From Eledone cirrhosa (lineage: Eukaryota): a stretch of DNA of 64,000 nucleotides. Location: NCBI GenBank assembly GCA_964016885.1, contig OZ024746.1, positions 91,016,001 to 91,080,000 on the forward strand, given 5' to 3'. Positions 26,711-39,298 of the stretch are shown piece by piece. The stretch's first letter is position 1. Every line of letters starts with the position of its first letter. The position numbers and the translations under genes are program-made. Under the pieces are notes generated by a model. It was not told the DNA's origin, made no database searches, and worked only from the letters and a program-made list of their open reading frames with translations.

Positions 26711-26971
26711 CAGTGAGTGTGTTCTGTTATTATTTCTGGTAATATAACAATATGACCCTCCTCAAATATGACAATATTTGTTTCAACACACGATTTCATA
26801 TCAAAAACCGTGCAAAACAAATCCTCACCGTCACAGCGCAAGGTTATATATATATATATATATATACATGCCAATTCTAACACATATATATCCCAGAAAC
26901 GATCGTTAAATAATGAACTTTTTTTGTTTAATATAAGGAACTGTTTCATTGTTTTATTCATTATTTTTTTA

Positions 26972-26974
<3 letters not shown>

Positions 26975-27059
<85 letters not shown>

Positions 27060-27384
27060 GGATATCTCAAAACGCGAACGAAACCCCAGGGTCGGGACAT
27101 AATCGTGGTAAGAGTGTACGCATTTCTTCTAACTTTAAATTTATACCTAATTGTGTATGGTTGACTGTATATTTAGTCGATTTCTACATGCTGTTGAAAT
27201 GTTGGGTAAATATTCTATTGCGGTCGGCCGCGAAGAGGCTGCTGTCGTTTATTTATCAAATATTTCTTCATAGGAGCCTTTATTCTTATAGCTTGGTCTA
27301 ATTGATTTTTTATGTGGTTAATTATGGTAATTGGGAGAGGAAATGGTGTATATATTTTATTAAATGATTCTATGGACATACTTT

Positions 27385-27450
<66 letters not shown>

Positions 27451-27553
27451 AACATGGGGAGAAGAATACTGCATGGTTGCATATGGATTACATATTATAA
27501 AATTAGTCCCTCATCAGTGATTTGCCAACGATCATTGGTATTTCATCGCATTA

Positions 27554-27593
<40 letters not shown>

Positions 27594-27595
27594 AC

Positions 27596-27675
<80 letters not shown>
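26975..27675. repeat. (AT)n tracts interleaved with short PLE-like fragments
   Basis: cGAAAccc-ca-ggGTC at about 27079-27093; reverse-strand CTGATGA at 27511-27517. Confidence 0.7.
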
Positions 27676-27679
<4 letters not shown>

Positions 27680-27779
27680 TAGTGTCCAAACATCGCCGCA
27701 TCTCTGGCTTCTGGAGATCCCACAGTACATATTAGTTTTGATTCCATTCAGCAAATATTTCAGTACACTGATTTTCTCA

Positions 27780-28430
27780 TTAACCCTTTCATTTCTAATG
27801 AATATTTTTCAATTAATTTGGAAAGTAATTACGAATTTGTAGAGCTTTAGTTAATAATTAACTTTTCTATTACTAAGCTGGTAGTTCTTAGGTAGAAATT
27901 TTGATGGAAGGTTTTAATTTAAACATAAATGCGACGTTTTCTCTTCTACAAACAAAAACCGTTTCAGGCAGTTTGGTCTCAAAGGGCAATTTCATCTAAG
28001 CTTGACTAACTATAGGAATGGATTAAACAGCAAATTGGTGTGTAAACAGATCTCATTTGATGGTGGAACATGACATATTTAAAGTAGTTAAATTCAGTGT
28101 CAGATTAACCTAATAGCAAACTATGTGCCCCACATTTTCAAAGGTCTTGCGCTTATTGTTTTATACAATAACACTATATTGCTTTTAACCTTTATGTCAC
28201 ATTTTTTTTTAAAAGTTTAAGACTTAGTGATTAGAGAATTGGATTCATAACCTGGGGGTTTCGAGTTCGATTCCCAGACCGGTCGATGTGTTTGTCCTTG
28301 AGCCTGAAACGGTTTCTGATTGTAGAAGAGAAAACCATTAATATTCTATGTAAGAACTATCAACTTAGTAATGGGAAAGTTAATTAACTAAACTTCTCCA
28401 AATTCTTAATTACTTTCCAAATTAATTATT
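27780..28430. mobile_element. Two inverted homologous segments of an AT-rich MITE-like repeat
   Basis: 27805-27969 is the diverged reverse complement of 28301-28430; left end ttaaccctttc resembles a piggyBac-type terminus. Confidence 0.55.
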
Positions 28431-29029
28431 TCGCGTTGCCAGATGTTGCAGCTGGTAGATAATAGCAGCAATGGAAAGACCAATAGAAACATTGTTTCCT
28501 TGGTCCGATTTGACGATTTCCACTCCACTCGGAATGCGATTTAGTGATGGTGGTGATACTAGTAGTAGTAGTAGTAGCAGCACTAGTAGTAGTAGTAGTA
28601 GTAGTAGTAGTATTTTGTTCTTTAGTGCAAGCCACATGATAAAAGACATTTCAGCCATGACCATACCGGCTTCTTCCAAGCATTGTACACCTTCAACTAC
28701 ATTAATCAGAGGAACATTTTGATGTTTATTTCTAGCAAGTAGGTCGATCACACAGAGGCTCCCTCGCTGACTTGTCTGTATATATAAGAGAGTCGGCTGA
28801 AAAGTTGATAAGCTGACCAAGATACTCTCATGGAATGACCAAATGAGGTTTATTTTTCAACATAGTCCCTGGAAAGAAACAATGCAGTTATTAATAAGAA
28901 GAGTTGAAATGAATGCATGCAAGATTTCACAGCCTTAGCATCACCCCTTCATAGTCAACCTATGAACTAGAGTAGATGGGTTTTAAGCGACGTCTTTTGA
29001 TGCAAACTCACAACTCTTAATCTAATACA

Positions 29030-29232
29030 ATAATTGTTTCTACTTTTGGCACAAGGCCAGCAATTATCCCAGTGAATTACTGGTACTTTATTTTATCGAC
29101 CCCGTAAGGATGAAAGACAAAGTTAACCTTGGCGGGAGTTGAACTCAGACTGCAAATCCCGCCAAGGTTAACTTTGCCTTTCATCCTTACGGGGTCAATA
29201 AACTAAAGTACCAGTAATTCACTGGGATAATT
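29030..29232. mobile_element. Fold-back SINE family A (head-to-head inverted pair)
   Basis: 29060-29140 mirrors 29152-29232; atctaatacaataat on both flanks. Confidence 0.85.
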
Positions 29233-29775
29233 AATACAATAATCTAATACAATAATGGTGTCTTATGTAGACACAAGTCCAACGATTTGGGGAAGTCGGT
29301 TAAATCGCCCTCATTACGTTACTGGTACTTTATTTTATCAATCAAGGATAAAAAGCAAAGCTAAAGGGACGTAACTCTATGCCGCAAATCATGTTGTTCG
29401 ATGCTCTACTGATACTGCCAATCCACAATAATGGAATGTCTTCACCATTGAGCGGTTTGGCTTCTTGTAAAGAGAAGAATCGTGCGGGTGACTTAATAAA
29501 TTTTCTTCAGATTAAGTGGATTGTAGCAAGGAGGGCATGATTGGATTGGAGTCCATAACGGGGAGGAGAACAACTAACAGGTCGTCGCTCGAGCTGCTAG
29601 AAATATGAACGAAATATCCCTCAAATCACATCCTACCATCTTAGGAAAAGAAAAGACGCCCCTGGTTTATACAGCCCAACAATCCCCTGACATGACTGAA
29701 GAGGCTTTGATCATAGATTTTGTTTGATCAGGAATGACAGTCACTACTAAGATAAAACATATAAACATTTACTTT

Positions 29776-30750
29776 TATAGAGGACAGGATTAAGACCTAT
29801 AGAGGGCGGGATTAAGACCTATAGAGGGCGGGATTAAGACCTATAGAGGACAGGATTAAGACCTATAGAGGACAGGATTAATACCTATAGAGGGCGGGAT
29901 TAAGACCTATAGAGGACAGGATTAAGACCTATAGAGGGCAGCATTAATACATATAGAGGACGGGATTAATACCTATAGAGGGCGGGATTAAGACCTATAG
30001 AGGGCAGGATTAAGACCTATAGAGGGAGGGATTAAGACCTATAGAGGGCGGGATTAAGACCTATAGAGGGCGGGATTAAGACCTATAGAGGACAGGATTA
30101 ATACCTATAGAGGGCGGGATTAAGACCTATAGAGGGAGGGATTAAGACCTATAGAGGGCAGGATTAATACCTATAGAGGGCGGGATTAAGACCTATAGAG
30201 GACAGGATTAAGACCTATAGAGGACAGGATTAAGACCTATAGAGGGAGGGATTAAGACCTATAGAGGACAGGATTAAGACCTATAGAGGGAGGGATTAAG
30301 ACCTATAGAGGACAGGATTAAGACCTATAGAGGACGGCTTAAGACCTATAGAGGGCGGGATTAAGACCTGTAGAGGACAGGATTAAGACCTATAGAGGGA
30401 GGGATTAAGACCTATAGAGGACAGGATTAAGACCTATAGAGGACGGCTTAAGACCTATAGAGGGCGGGATTAAGACCTGTAGAGGACAGGATTAAGACCT
30501 ATAGAGGACAGGATTAATACCTATAGAGGACGGCTTAAGACCTATAGAGGGCGGGATTAAGACCTGTAGAGGACAGGATTAAGACCTATAGAGGACAGGA
30601 TTAATACCTATAGAGGGCGGAATTATTACCTATAGAGGACAGGATTAAGACCTATAGAGGACAGGATTAAGGCCTATAGGGGACAGGATGAAGACCTATA
30701 GAGGGCGGCATTAAGACCTATAGAGGACAGGATTAAGACCTATAGAGGAC
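29776..30750. repeat. 22-bp minisatellite, about 44 copies
   Basis: tatagaggacaggattaagacc with ggac/gggc/ggga variants. Confidence 0.97.
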
Positions 30751-30769
30751 GAGTGTCTCAGTTTTCAAA

Positions 30770-31830
30770 GCACTGATTTTCATTCCAGCCATGCAACACT
30801 CGGCGTCAAACCTATCAAGTGTAAGTCGGAGATCACCTTCTCTCGAGTTCTTAGATGCACCTCATGTACATCAGAAGATGCTGTTGTGATCGGGTTGTGA
30901 TCAGCAAAGTAATCTTTCCACCTCACGAGGATGCACCTCTCTGAAGAGAGTAGAACTCCAGGCGTATTCCTAATAGCAGGTGTGGAGGAGGGCTTCTTAT
31001 TACGAAGTCGGCAAATAGTCTGCCAGTACACATTATTTGCTGATCTGAATTTGGATTCCAGCTTAACCCCAAAGTCCTCCCATGTCTTAATTTTAGACAC
31101 CTTTACTGCCTCTGCTGCGATTCTTCGTTCCTTTCTTTACCACAAGTGCAACAAGGAGGACTTATTTCCAAGTCAAGCTTTGTAAGCCTCCTTCTTTGCT
31201 TGGATGGCATCTTCGATCTCTTGATTGAACCAAGGGGTCCTCCTGCCATCCAACACCACACCAAGCCCCTTTCATCTGCACCATTTAACAGCTGAAGCAG
31301 AAACTGCTGAGCTGAACAATCTCCACTCTATCTCAACATCCTCAGTTTACTCAGGGAGTTCTCTGAATTTGGATACAATAGTATCTGTATACCTGGTCCT
31401 GACTTCCTTATCCACCAATGCGTCCCACTTTATCTTGTAGGTCACCCTAGACCTGCCAGTTTTGTGGGCTTCTTTGGTTTTAGGTAGTCTTACGTTGCAG
31501 ATAACTAGATGGTGATCAGTTGACAGCTCAGCCCTTCTCTTAACACGAACATCCAGCACAGAATCAAAGAGATCAGAGACAATAACAAAATCAATTATTG
31601 ATCTGTCCCTGATTCCCCTTATACCATGAATATTTATGGATGTCTCTGTGCTGGAAGAAGGTGTTTATAATAGAGAGTCCAATGCTAGAACAGAAGTCTC
31701 ATAAGGCCTCTCCATATTTAGATCGGGGTCGCTATTCCTTCCAATCACTTCCTTCCATGTCAGGTGGTCAGTGCCTACATGCGCATTGAAGTCTCCCATC
31801 AGTGACTTCATCAAAGAAGGGCCTGCATTT
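30770..31830 (-). mobile_element. RTE-clade (Rex3/Expander-like) LINE fragment, AP endonuclease and linker
   Basis: MGDFNAHVG; SIINTFFQHRDIHKYSW; SIIDFVIVS; LDVRVKRRAELSTDHHLV; TWEDFGVKLESKFRSANNVYWQTICRLR; multiple frameshifts. Confidence 0.9.
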
Positions 31831-32610
31831 GGACTTCTTGCAAACCCCGCAAAATTTTATTTTAAGTGTTAGCATTCCTGCGACAATTTCTTTTCTTTAG
31901 ACATTAAAAATATTATACATGACAAAAAAGTACATTACTAGAAATTCCATAGGTTATAAAATAAATAGGATGGATTGGGGTCTCAATATGTAAACTAAAC
32001 TACTAATTCTGGAGGGGGGGGGGGGGGGGTAAACAAGGGAGACAACCTAGAAGAATTATCGATTTTCAAACCCCAACGGTAATTCCACCTATTATTTGGG
32101 ACCCGAGAATAATCTAGAATCTAGATTCAATATATTCAATACATCACCCATTGATTTCTATATTTAACATTTATTTCCTTTAATTCATTTTATTTTTGTT
32201 TCATCAAATTATTACGGAGAAAAAATGTCATAATCTTTTACTTTGTGAAAAAAGCAACTCTGACTGACCAAAGTTGGTTTCAGTAGATTGATACTGATGA
32301 TGTCTAACAAGAACCGAAACACTTCTATTGAGGGTTTCTTGTTTGAAAACGATATTACGGCTTTCCCAAAACAATCATAACCACATACCTCACAATATAT
32401 ATAAAGTAATACAATGCACACACAGATACCTAAATACATAAATATCCTTGTGTGTGATGCAAAATGGTTGATGAAACTACAGTAGGGACGTTGAAGAAAA
32501 ATTAGGTAATTCTGAGGAATAACAACACACCCAGGAGCTGGACATATCGATGTATTGACAGAGTGAAACACACTTCAACATGTGTACCTGTCTTTTCCAC
32601 ACCAATTCGG

Positions 32611-32665
32611 ACTGCCTGAAGAGGTCACAGCCAATAATAGCTGTCACGGAAATATATATACCAGT
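32611..32665 (+). ncRNA. Type I hammerhead-like fold with palindromic stem III
   Basis: actgc-CTGAAGA-ggtcacagc-caataata-gctgtcacg-GAAAtatatatA-ccagt; mismatches in stems I and II. Confidence 0.5.
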
Positions 32666-32762
32666 AAATTTATGATTTATAATAAACGAAGCCAAATTTT
32701 ACATATTTTATATATATATATATATTTTACTTATTTTATATATATATATATTTAATTTTGCT

Positions 32763-32824
32763 CTGATACTTACATAGAGCACTCTTCACTTCTATGACCT
32801 TTTCTGTTTCCAACGGAAATTTCA

Positions 32825-32892
<68 letters not shown>

Positions 32893-33020
32893 GAAACAAC
32901 ATATCTCTAGCGGTGGACTGACCAAATAGGACAGTCTATATTCCTCCATTTTCCTGTCTTCACCCATATTTTTTATTTATATATATATGTGTATGTATGT
33001 GTGTTGTAAGTGTAATACAC

Positions 33021-33066
<46 letters not shown>

Positions 33067-33172
33067 CTGTGTGTATTACACTTACACACACCACATATAT
33101 ATATATATAAAAATGAAGTATTTCCGTTGGAAAGGTAAAGGAAAAGAGAGTGCTCTATGTAGGCTACAGAGC
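32763..33172. repeat. Nested imperfect inverted repeat centred on (AT)n
   Basis: 32763-32825 mirrors 33110-33172; 32975-33025 mirrors 33063-33110. Confidence 0.7.
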
Positions 33173-33229
33173 TTTTTAGTTATGTAAGAAACAAAATAAG
33201 ATAATTATTTCATTTACCAAAAATGAATA

Positions 33230-33292
33230 TTTTTTCTGATGAATGAAGACAAACATAAGTATCTGTCTTCAAGAAACCATTGGTAAATGAAA
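33230..33292 (+). ncRNA. Type I hammerhead-like fold inside inverted repeat 33180-33320
   Basis: CTGATGA-atgaagac...gtcttcaa-GAAAcc-att-gGTA-aatg; stem II TGAAGAC/GTCTTCA. Confidence 0.55.
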
Positions 33293-33696
33293 TAATTATC
33301 TTATGTTGTTTATTACATAATTATATATCTTAAATCCTTTGAAGTGAAAGGTACGAATTTTCCTGGATATTCGCAGATGAGCACAGGAATTGTGGCTTTC
33401 ACTTAATAATTCTTACAAAACAGATTTTAGTCTGTCCGGGTACCAAAGGCTATTGCCCGATATAGGTTTGTTATTTTTATTGATTTATTACTTTAAATCG
33501 AGTCAGGCAAACCATATTCATTTAAATTAGTATTTTTTCAACCTAGCTAACTTGGTCATTTGCAGTTGGAACACATGAATACTTATATCTGTGTTCACCC
33601 CTCTCATATATCCAATTATATTACATGGCTCGGAAAGATTCCTTTATTTGAGCTATCTAATTGTAAAAGACTATTTTGAGTTTATAACTCAATCTA

Positions 33697-33796
<100 letters not shown>

Positions 33797-33997
33797 GAGG
33801 TGAGTTTTATTGTAGTACAATAAAGCAATGCAGATATCGGATAAGAAGCACTCTACAGTTTGTAGGACTGGAGTATACATAATATATAAGAACAAAAGAT
33901 GGTTAAAAGAGTTCCATGTATTTTATTATGCGCATTTCAAAAACAAATATCTGAACTATCCACAAGTGTTTTTTAACCTTCATATCATGTCTTCCTG

Positions 33998-34064
33998 TTT
34001 TATCTGATGAAAACACAAATATTATTGCATGATGATATTTGTTTTTGAAATGCGCATAATAAAA
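33998..34064 (+). ncRNA. Best type I hammerhead ribozyme candidate
   Basis: ttttat-CTGATGA-aaacacaaatattat-tgcatg-atgatatttgttttt-GAAAtgcgcatA-ataaaa: 6-bp stem I, about 14-bp stem II, palindromic stem III ATGCGCAT, AUA triplet; lies in inverted repeat 33880-34105. Confidence 0.75.
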
Positions 34065-34121
34065 TACATGGAACTCTTTTAACCATCTTTTGTTCTTATA
34101 TATTATATATATATATATATA

Positions 34122-34400
34122 TGTAGTGACCTACATTCCGCGGGCTCACATACATTCTCTGTGCGTGATTTGGCTCAGCTCAGCCAATCAACGCCAGTAG
34201 AAGAGGATGTATCGCTACGCGCCCTGACAGAGAAATTCCCCGCGAAGATTTGAAGAATTCCATTCTCGCATAAGGAACTTCGAACCAGCAATACGTACAA
34301 CATATGACGGTGAGATTTTGCACTTTGGCCTGCCGGCTTTCCGGCACATTCCCTTTTGTAACCTCATTTTATGTGTAACTTCAACCATACAAGTTAACAA
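34122..34400. mobile_element. Possible solo LTR-like segment
   Basis: GC-richer block beginning TGTAG; a CTACA end occurs at 34586-34590 beyond the inserted SINE; no internal domain or TSD. Confidence 0.25.
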
Positions 34401-34404
34401 ACAT

Positions 34405-34580
34405 CAGTATCGGTAGAGGGTCGGACGCCATGCTTTCCAGCATAGTTACGTCCCTTTACGATCTGAGTTCAAATCCCGCCGAGGTTGACTTTGCCTTTCA
34501 TCCATACGGGGTCGATAAAATAAAGTACCAGTAATGCACTGGGTAATTGCTGGCCTTGTGCCTAAAGTAGAAACAATTAT
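34405..34580 (+). mobile_element. SINE family A
   Basis: Near-consensus copy. Confidence 0.92.
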
Positions 34581-35299
34581 TTGTGCTACAACAAAAATAA
34601 ACATACATTTCATCTCTAATTTCTGCTGTTGACATCATTATTGTGTTACTCGTGTCTCAATAACATTTATACACCATGCTGCTAAATATATATATATTTT
34701 GCTACAATGTTTTCTATACCTTTCATTTATATATATATATATATTATATAAATCTGTGTGTATTACATTTACATATATGTGTGTGTGTGTTTGTGTAGTG
34801 GGAGACGAAGATCTGACAGAAACAATGAAACAATATTTATTGTTTCGTTGGTAAAACAACATATTTTATGTTATTATTAGTTTTAATAATGTGAACTTAA
34901 TTACGAGACTATAAATCTTATAGATGAATATATAGTTCATTGTAATAGTACATAGTTCTACTTTTCTGGTGTTGCCAAACATCTTTCTATAAATAGTTAA
35001 ATACTGTTGTTTCTGTGACATTGTATTGTATAGTTAACAGTGTGGTTGTATTGTATAGGAAATATTGTATAGTAAATATTGTATAGTTAACACTGAGATA
35101 TGTAATCATTGATTGCTCAGGGCTTGTAGAAATATATAAAGAGCAAAGGATGACAAACAAAACAAATAATTTTTTACCCAGTTTATTCCGAAGTACATAT
35201 AATATTTCAGGGTTACAAAACCCTTTTGAAATACAAAACAAAAACGAACGATGCGTTCTTCCTTAACAGGTCCAAGCGTGTGAATAGATTGTATTGTAT

Positions 35300-35535
35300 T
35301 TTAGTTTTAGTAGCTTGCTAGTATACAGAAAATTTAGTTTTAGTAGCTTGCTAGTATACAGAAAATTTAGTTTTAGTAGCTTGCTAGTATACAGAAAATT
35401 TAGTTTTAGTAGCTTGCTAGTAAGACAGAAAATTTAGTTTTAGTAGCTTGCTAGTAAGACAGAAAATTTAGTTTTAGTAGCTTGCTAGTAAGACAGAAAA
35501 TTTAGTTTTAGTAGCTTGCTAGTAAGACAGAAAAT
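35300..35535. repeat. 33-bp minisatellite, about 7 copies
   Basis: tttagttttagtagcttgctagtatacagaaaa; unamplified single unit at 35946-35975. Confidence 0.95.
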
Positions 35536-36625
35536 TGGCAGAATCGTTAGAACGTTTGATGCTTTGCGATATTCGTTCCAGTTCTTTGCGTTCAAATCCT
35601 ACAGAGGTCAATATTAAGGTTGATAAGAAAAAATACCAGTCCAGTACTGGGGTCGATTCTTGCTCTATACATCTTTCTCATTTCCTTTCTCTCATTCTCG
35701 ATCCTTCTCTGGAAAACATTTTCTGTATTCATACCAAGAGAGGAGTTGGGATCTGCCAGCTTTTAAAATGCCCTAGAAACACCATATCTCTCTACGAGTC
35801 ACTCGAAAGCTACGGGTCAATACATATTTCAAAGTGTATATATAATATTTTAAGGTTACAATCCTCTTTTCAGATACAAAACAAAAACAAACAATGCGTT
35901 CTTCCTTCTTTAACTGATCGAGGTTTATAAATAGATTGCATTGTATTTTAGTTTTAGTAGCTTTCTAGTATATAGTAGTAAACAACTAGTGAACTAGTCA
36001 ATATTTATGTTGCTGCTATTAGCACAAAGAATGGAATGTGTGGATTATAAGATGATCGTGTTTGCCTATCTCAGAAACTTCTGTGGTCTTCAACTATCCC
36101 ATATTTTATCACGAGATCCATAAACATGTGGTATGTTTTCCAGTTTGGAGGTCTCACTGTTGACAATCATTGCTCGTTTCTTTCTTCGTTCCGTTTGTTT
36201 CGTTCTGCGTTTTACAGCTGCTCAGTGTTGTTGACAAGAATTATTCCTCTACTTATTTTCTCTCAATTTCTTTCTTCACTCTGTTATTAACTATTGCTTA
36301 TTTCAACCCGAAAGCGGTGAATTAGCAGAGTCGTTAGAACGTCGAGTAGATTGCTTTATCGTATTCGTTCCGGCTCTCTACTCTCTGAGTTTTAATCCAG
36401 CCGAGGTTAGCTTTGCCTTTCATTCATTTGAGGTCGATAAAAAGAAGTACCAGTACTGGAGTAGATTCTTACTCTATATCTCCCCCCCCCCTCTCTCTCT
36501 CATTTCCTCTGGAAGAAATCTGCTGTATTCAGATCTGGAGAGTGATGGGCTCCGCCATATTTTAAAAAAATGCCCTAGAAACGCTGTGCCAATGCGGTCC
36601 CCTAGGGCTCTCTCAAGAGATACGG
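35535..36625 (+). mobile_element. Two SINE family A variants with extended 3' segment (35535-35975, 36312-36625)
   Basis: Heads ggcagaatcgttagaacg and agcagagtcgttagaacg; shared ctctggaa...aaaatgccctagaaac. Confidence 0.7.
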
Positions 36626-37164
36626 GATCTTTCTTATTTCAAGCCAACGATGGAGCCACTACTAACTGGCTTGACCTGCTAGAAATAGCAATCACATTTC
36701 CCTCAAACTACTTTTTGTCGTCTTAAAAAAGGACGTATTGGAAATTGTAGTCTGAGGGACACTATTCCTGAAAAATAAAAAAGAGATTTAAGGGTCGTGG
36801 TTTGAATGTCTTTGGTCATAAATCCGTTCGATTAGAGTAGTTAATATTTAGATATGACATTGATATCTAGATACGACCCACTACGTTCAGATCAGAGCAG
36901 AGAAGACTTAGGTGATATTTAAATATGACCCTCATAAAAATAAGTGAGATTAGTTTACTATTCTTATGTAGATGTCAATGGAATTAATACCTGGAGCTAA
37001 ATAAAACTGATTTCTTGTCAAATGTGGCAAGGGAGAGAATTCTAAAATTTAAATTGATTAGATTAAACTGTTTGTTTAGTTTAGTATTTAGTTAAATATC
37101 TATATAAATTTTAGTATTCAGCTTATTAAATTTAGTTGAACTGCGTCTAGTAAGCAGCTTCATG

Positions 37165-37370
37165 TGAATGCGCGTGGCTTAGTGGTTAGAGCGTTCGATT
37201 CATAATCAAGAGGTTGTGAGTTCGATTCCTGAACCGAGCTGTGCGTTGTGTAGTTGAGCAAGGCATTTTATTTTATGTTGCTCCAGTTTACTCCGCTGAA
37301 TTTGAGTTGCGATATCACTGGTAAACAAGTTGTATCGGCCTTTCCCTTTCTTTTGGACAACATTGGTGGC
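37165..37370 (+). mobile_element. SINE family B head
   Basis: gcgcgtggcttagtggttagagcg...gagttcgattcc...ttgagcaaggcattttattttatgttgctccag. Confidence 0.85.
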
Positions 37371-37644
37371 GTGGCGAGGCTGGTTGTGTTCCACAAAAAA
37401 TAACTTGACCAAATTTGTGTTTCGCAGGAGGACTTTGGTGTCTGATGTCCGACGGAAAGAGACATTTTTTTGTTTAGTTTCAAGTCCATGAATAAATGTC
37501 GAAAAGAAAGATGACATTTAACGATGAATGAGTGGAAAGATTTGTATTAATTCTAAAAATCAGATAAGATAAAATTCGTGTTTGTTTTGTGCAATGTATT
37601 GTAGCGTGATAAACAAGGTGAACATATATTACTGGTATCTTATC

Positions 37645-37762
37645 ATTGTCATCATCTTGTCTCCTCACTTCACACAACTCTTCTTCTTCTTGAGAGACTT
37701 GTGGAGGTAGGGTCCTAAAACACTCCTTCCAGCAGGTCCTGTCGGAAGCAACCATCTCCAAT
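37645..37762 (-). mobile_element. Short 3' end of an RTE-like LINE
   Basis: EMVASDRTCWKECFRTLPP resembles the A.DR..W terminal motif. Confidence 0.5.
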
Positions 37763-38241
37763 TCCTATATATATATAATTCTTTGTCTCTCTCTCTGTCT
37801 GTCTGTCTGTCTGTCTGTTCCTATGCATTCCCAAACGGCTGGACCAAATCAAATCAAATTTTACATTATATATTGTAATACACATGACAACAATATTAAT
37901 TATATATTGTAATATATGACAACAATATTAATTATATATTGTAATATATGACAACAATATTAATTATATATTGTAATACATATGAAAGGTACAATAGTAA
38001 TTATATATTGTAATACATAAGACAAGGTACAATATTAATTATATATTGTAATATATATGACATGGTACAAAAGCAATTAGCATATAACTATATTATTTAC
38101 ATTACCTGTAATAGCTAAATTATACCTATACAGCTGTTTCTAATCTCAGAGAAAAAATCCAACTACCATGGTTAAAATAAACAAGGTAGAATTAATGAAT
38201 TTAAAGATCTAGGTACTCGGTAGGTGATGCCTTTTAACTAG
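37763..38241 (+). mobile_element. Non-autonomous Helitron family 2 with internal about 32-bp tandem repeat
   Basis: TCctatatatatataatt start, (GTCT)n, tatgcattcccaaacggctggacc, CTAG|T end; 3' hairpin decayed. Confidence 0.5.
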
Positions 38242-38854
38242 TATAACAAAGTATAATTTGGTCATTGGGGGACCAGTTGAGTAACTCGTAACCATTGCAA
38301 TATCGACAAATGACGTCACACTAGAATGAAAGCAATTACATCCGCTTTTTGCTGTCATGTGAACAGTAAAGAAGTTGATTGGAGAGCTAGAAATAGTTCA
38401 TCAACTCATTCTAATAGAGCAGCTCAACTGAATATGGGAGCTGTACATCGAAAATAAATCAAGATAAAAAGCAATTACATGTGATTTTTTACCGCCATAT
38501 GGACATTAAAGTGTTGGTGGGAGAACTAGAAATGTATAGACCTGACTTCCACCGTTGTAGTCATGTTTCTATCAGTTGGTGTCTCGAGTAGCTTTCTTTC
38601 TTTATGACCTATTAGTGTACTAAGAAGAGCAGTACTACCTGAAACTACAGAGAACCCCATCCATCTCCAGTAGACAGTCAGCCAACACGGAATCTCTGTT
38701 TTCAATCTTTTCCAGGTTTTCAACATCTTTCGTTTGTTCAAAGTGTCAGTTATGGCTCAGCTCCTGCGTCACGAACGCCACAGGCTGAAATATATCTATA
38801 TATATAGTCTGCAGTTAATTACTGGTATAGTTTAAAGACAATATTATACTAGAG

Positions 38855-39120
38855 CAGAGCTTCTTAAACTCTTGGGGGTCACACACTCCCCTCACAGCCA
38901 CGTAATACCATCAGACCCCCCCCCCCCCAATCCTATTTCCAGAGAAACCTGCCTACACGCAAATTGTAAATAATATATAATAAATAAAATGGTTAAATTG
39001 TATATAATAAATAATATATATTATGTCTCCCACCATCACCGCCCCCTTAGGATTCAGCGCCGCCTGGACCTTCTTAACGAACCCCGGCGGGGACAGTAGT
39101 GGCCATTTTAAGAACCTCTG
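38855..39120. mobile_element. hAT (Charlie-type) MITE
   Basis: TIRs cagagcttcttaaa / tttaagaacctctg; 8-bp TSD tactagag / taccagag. Confidence 0.85.
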
Positions 39121-39298
39121 TACCAGAGTATAAAGCACTTAGCGCGAGGCCCCCGAATATGCGTGGTTTGCATTATATGCAACTGTTGCTATAAGGTTAA
39201 TCCGTTACTGCTGCCAATAAAGGTTTCAGAGTGGGTGGGGGGTGATGCAAAATGGTTGGTTGGAAATCGAAATTGCTAGCAGAATAAGTATGTTTCAT

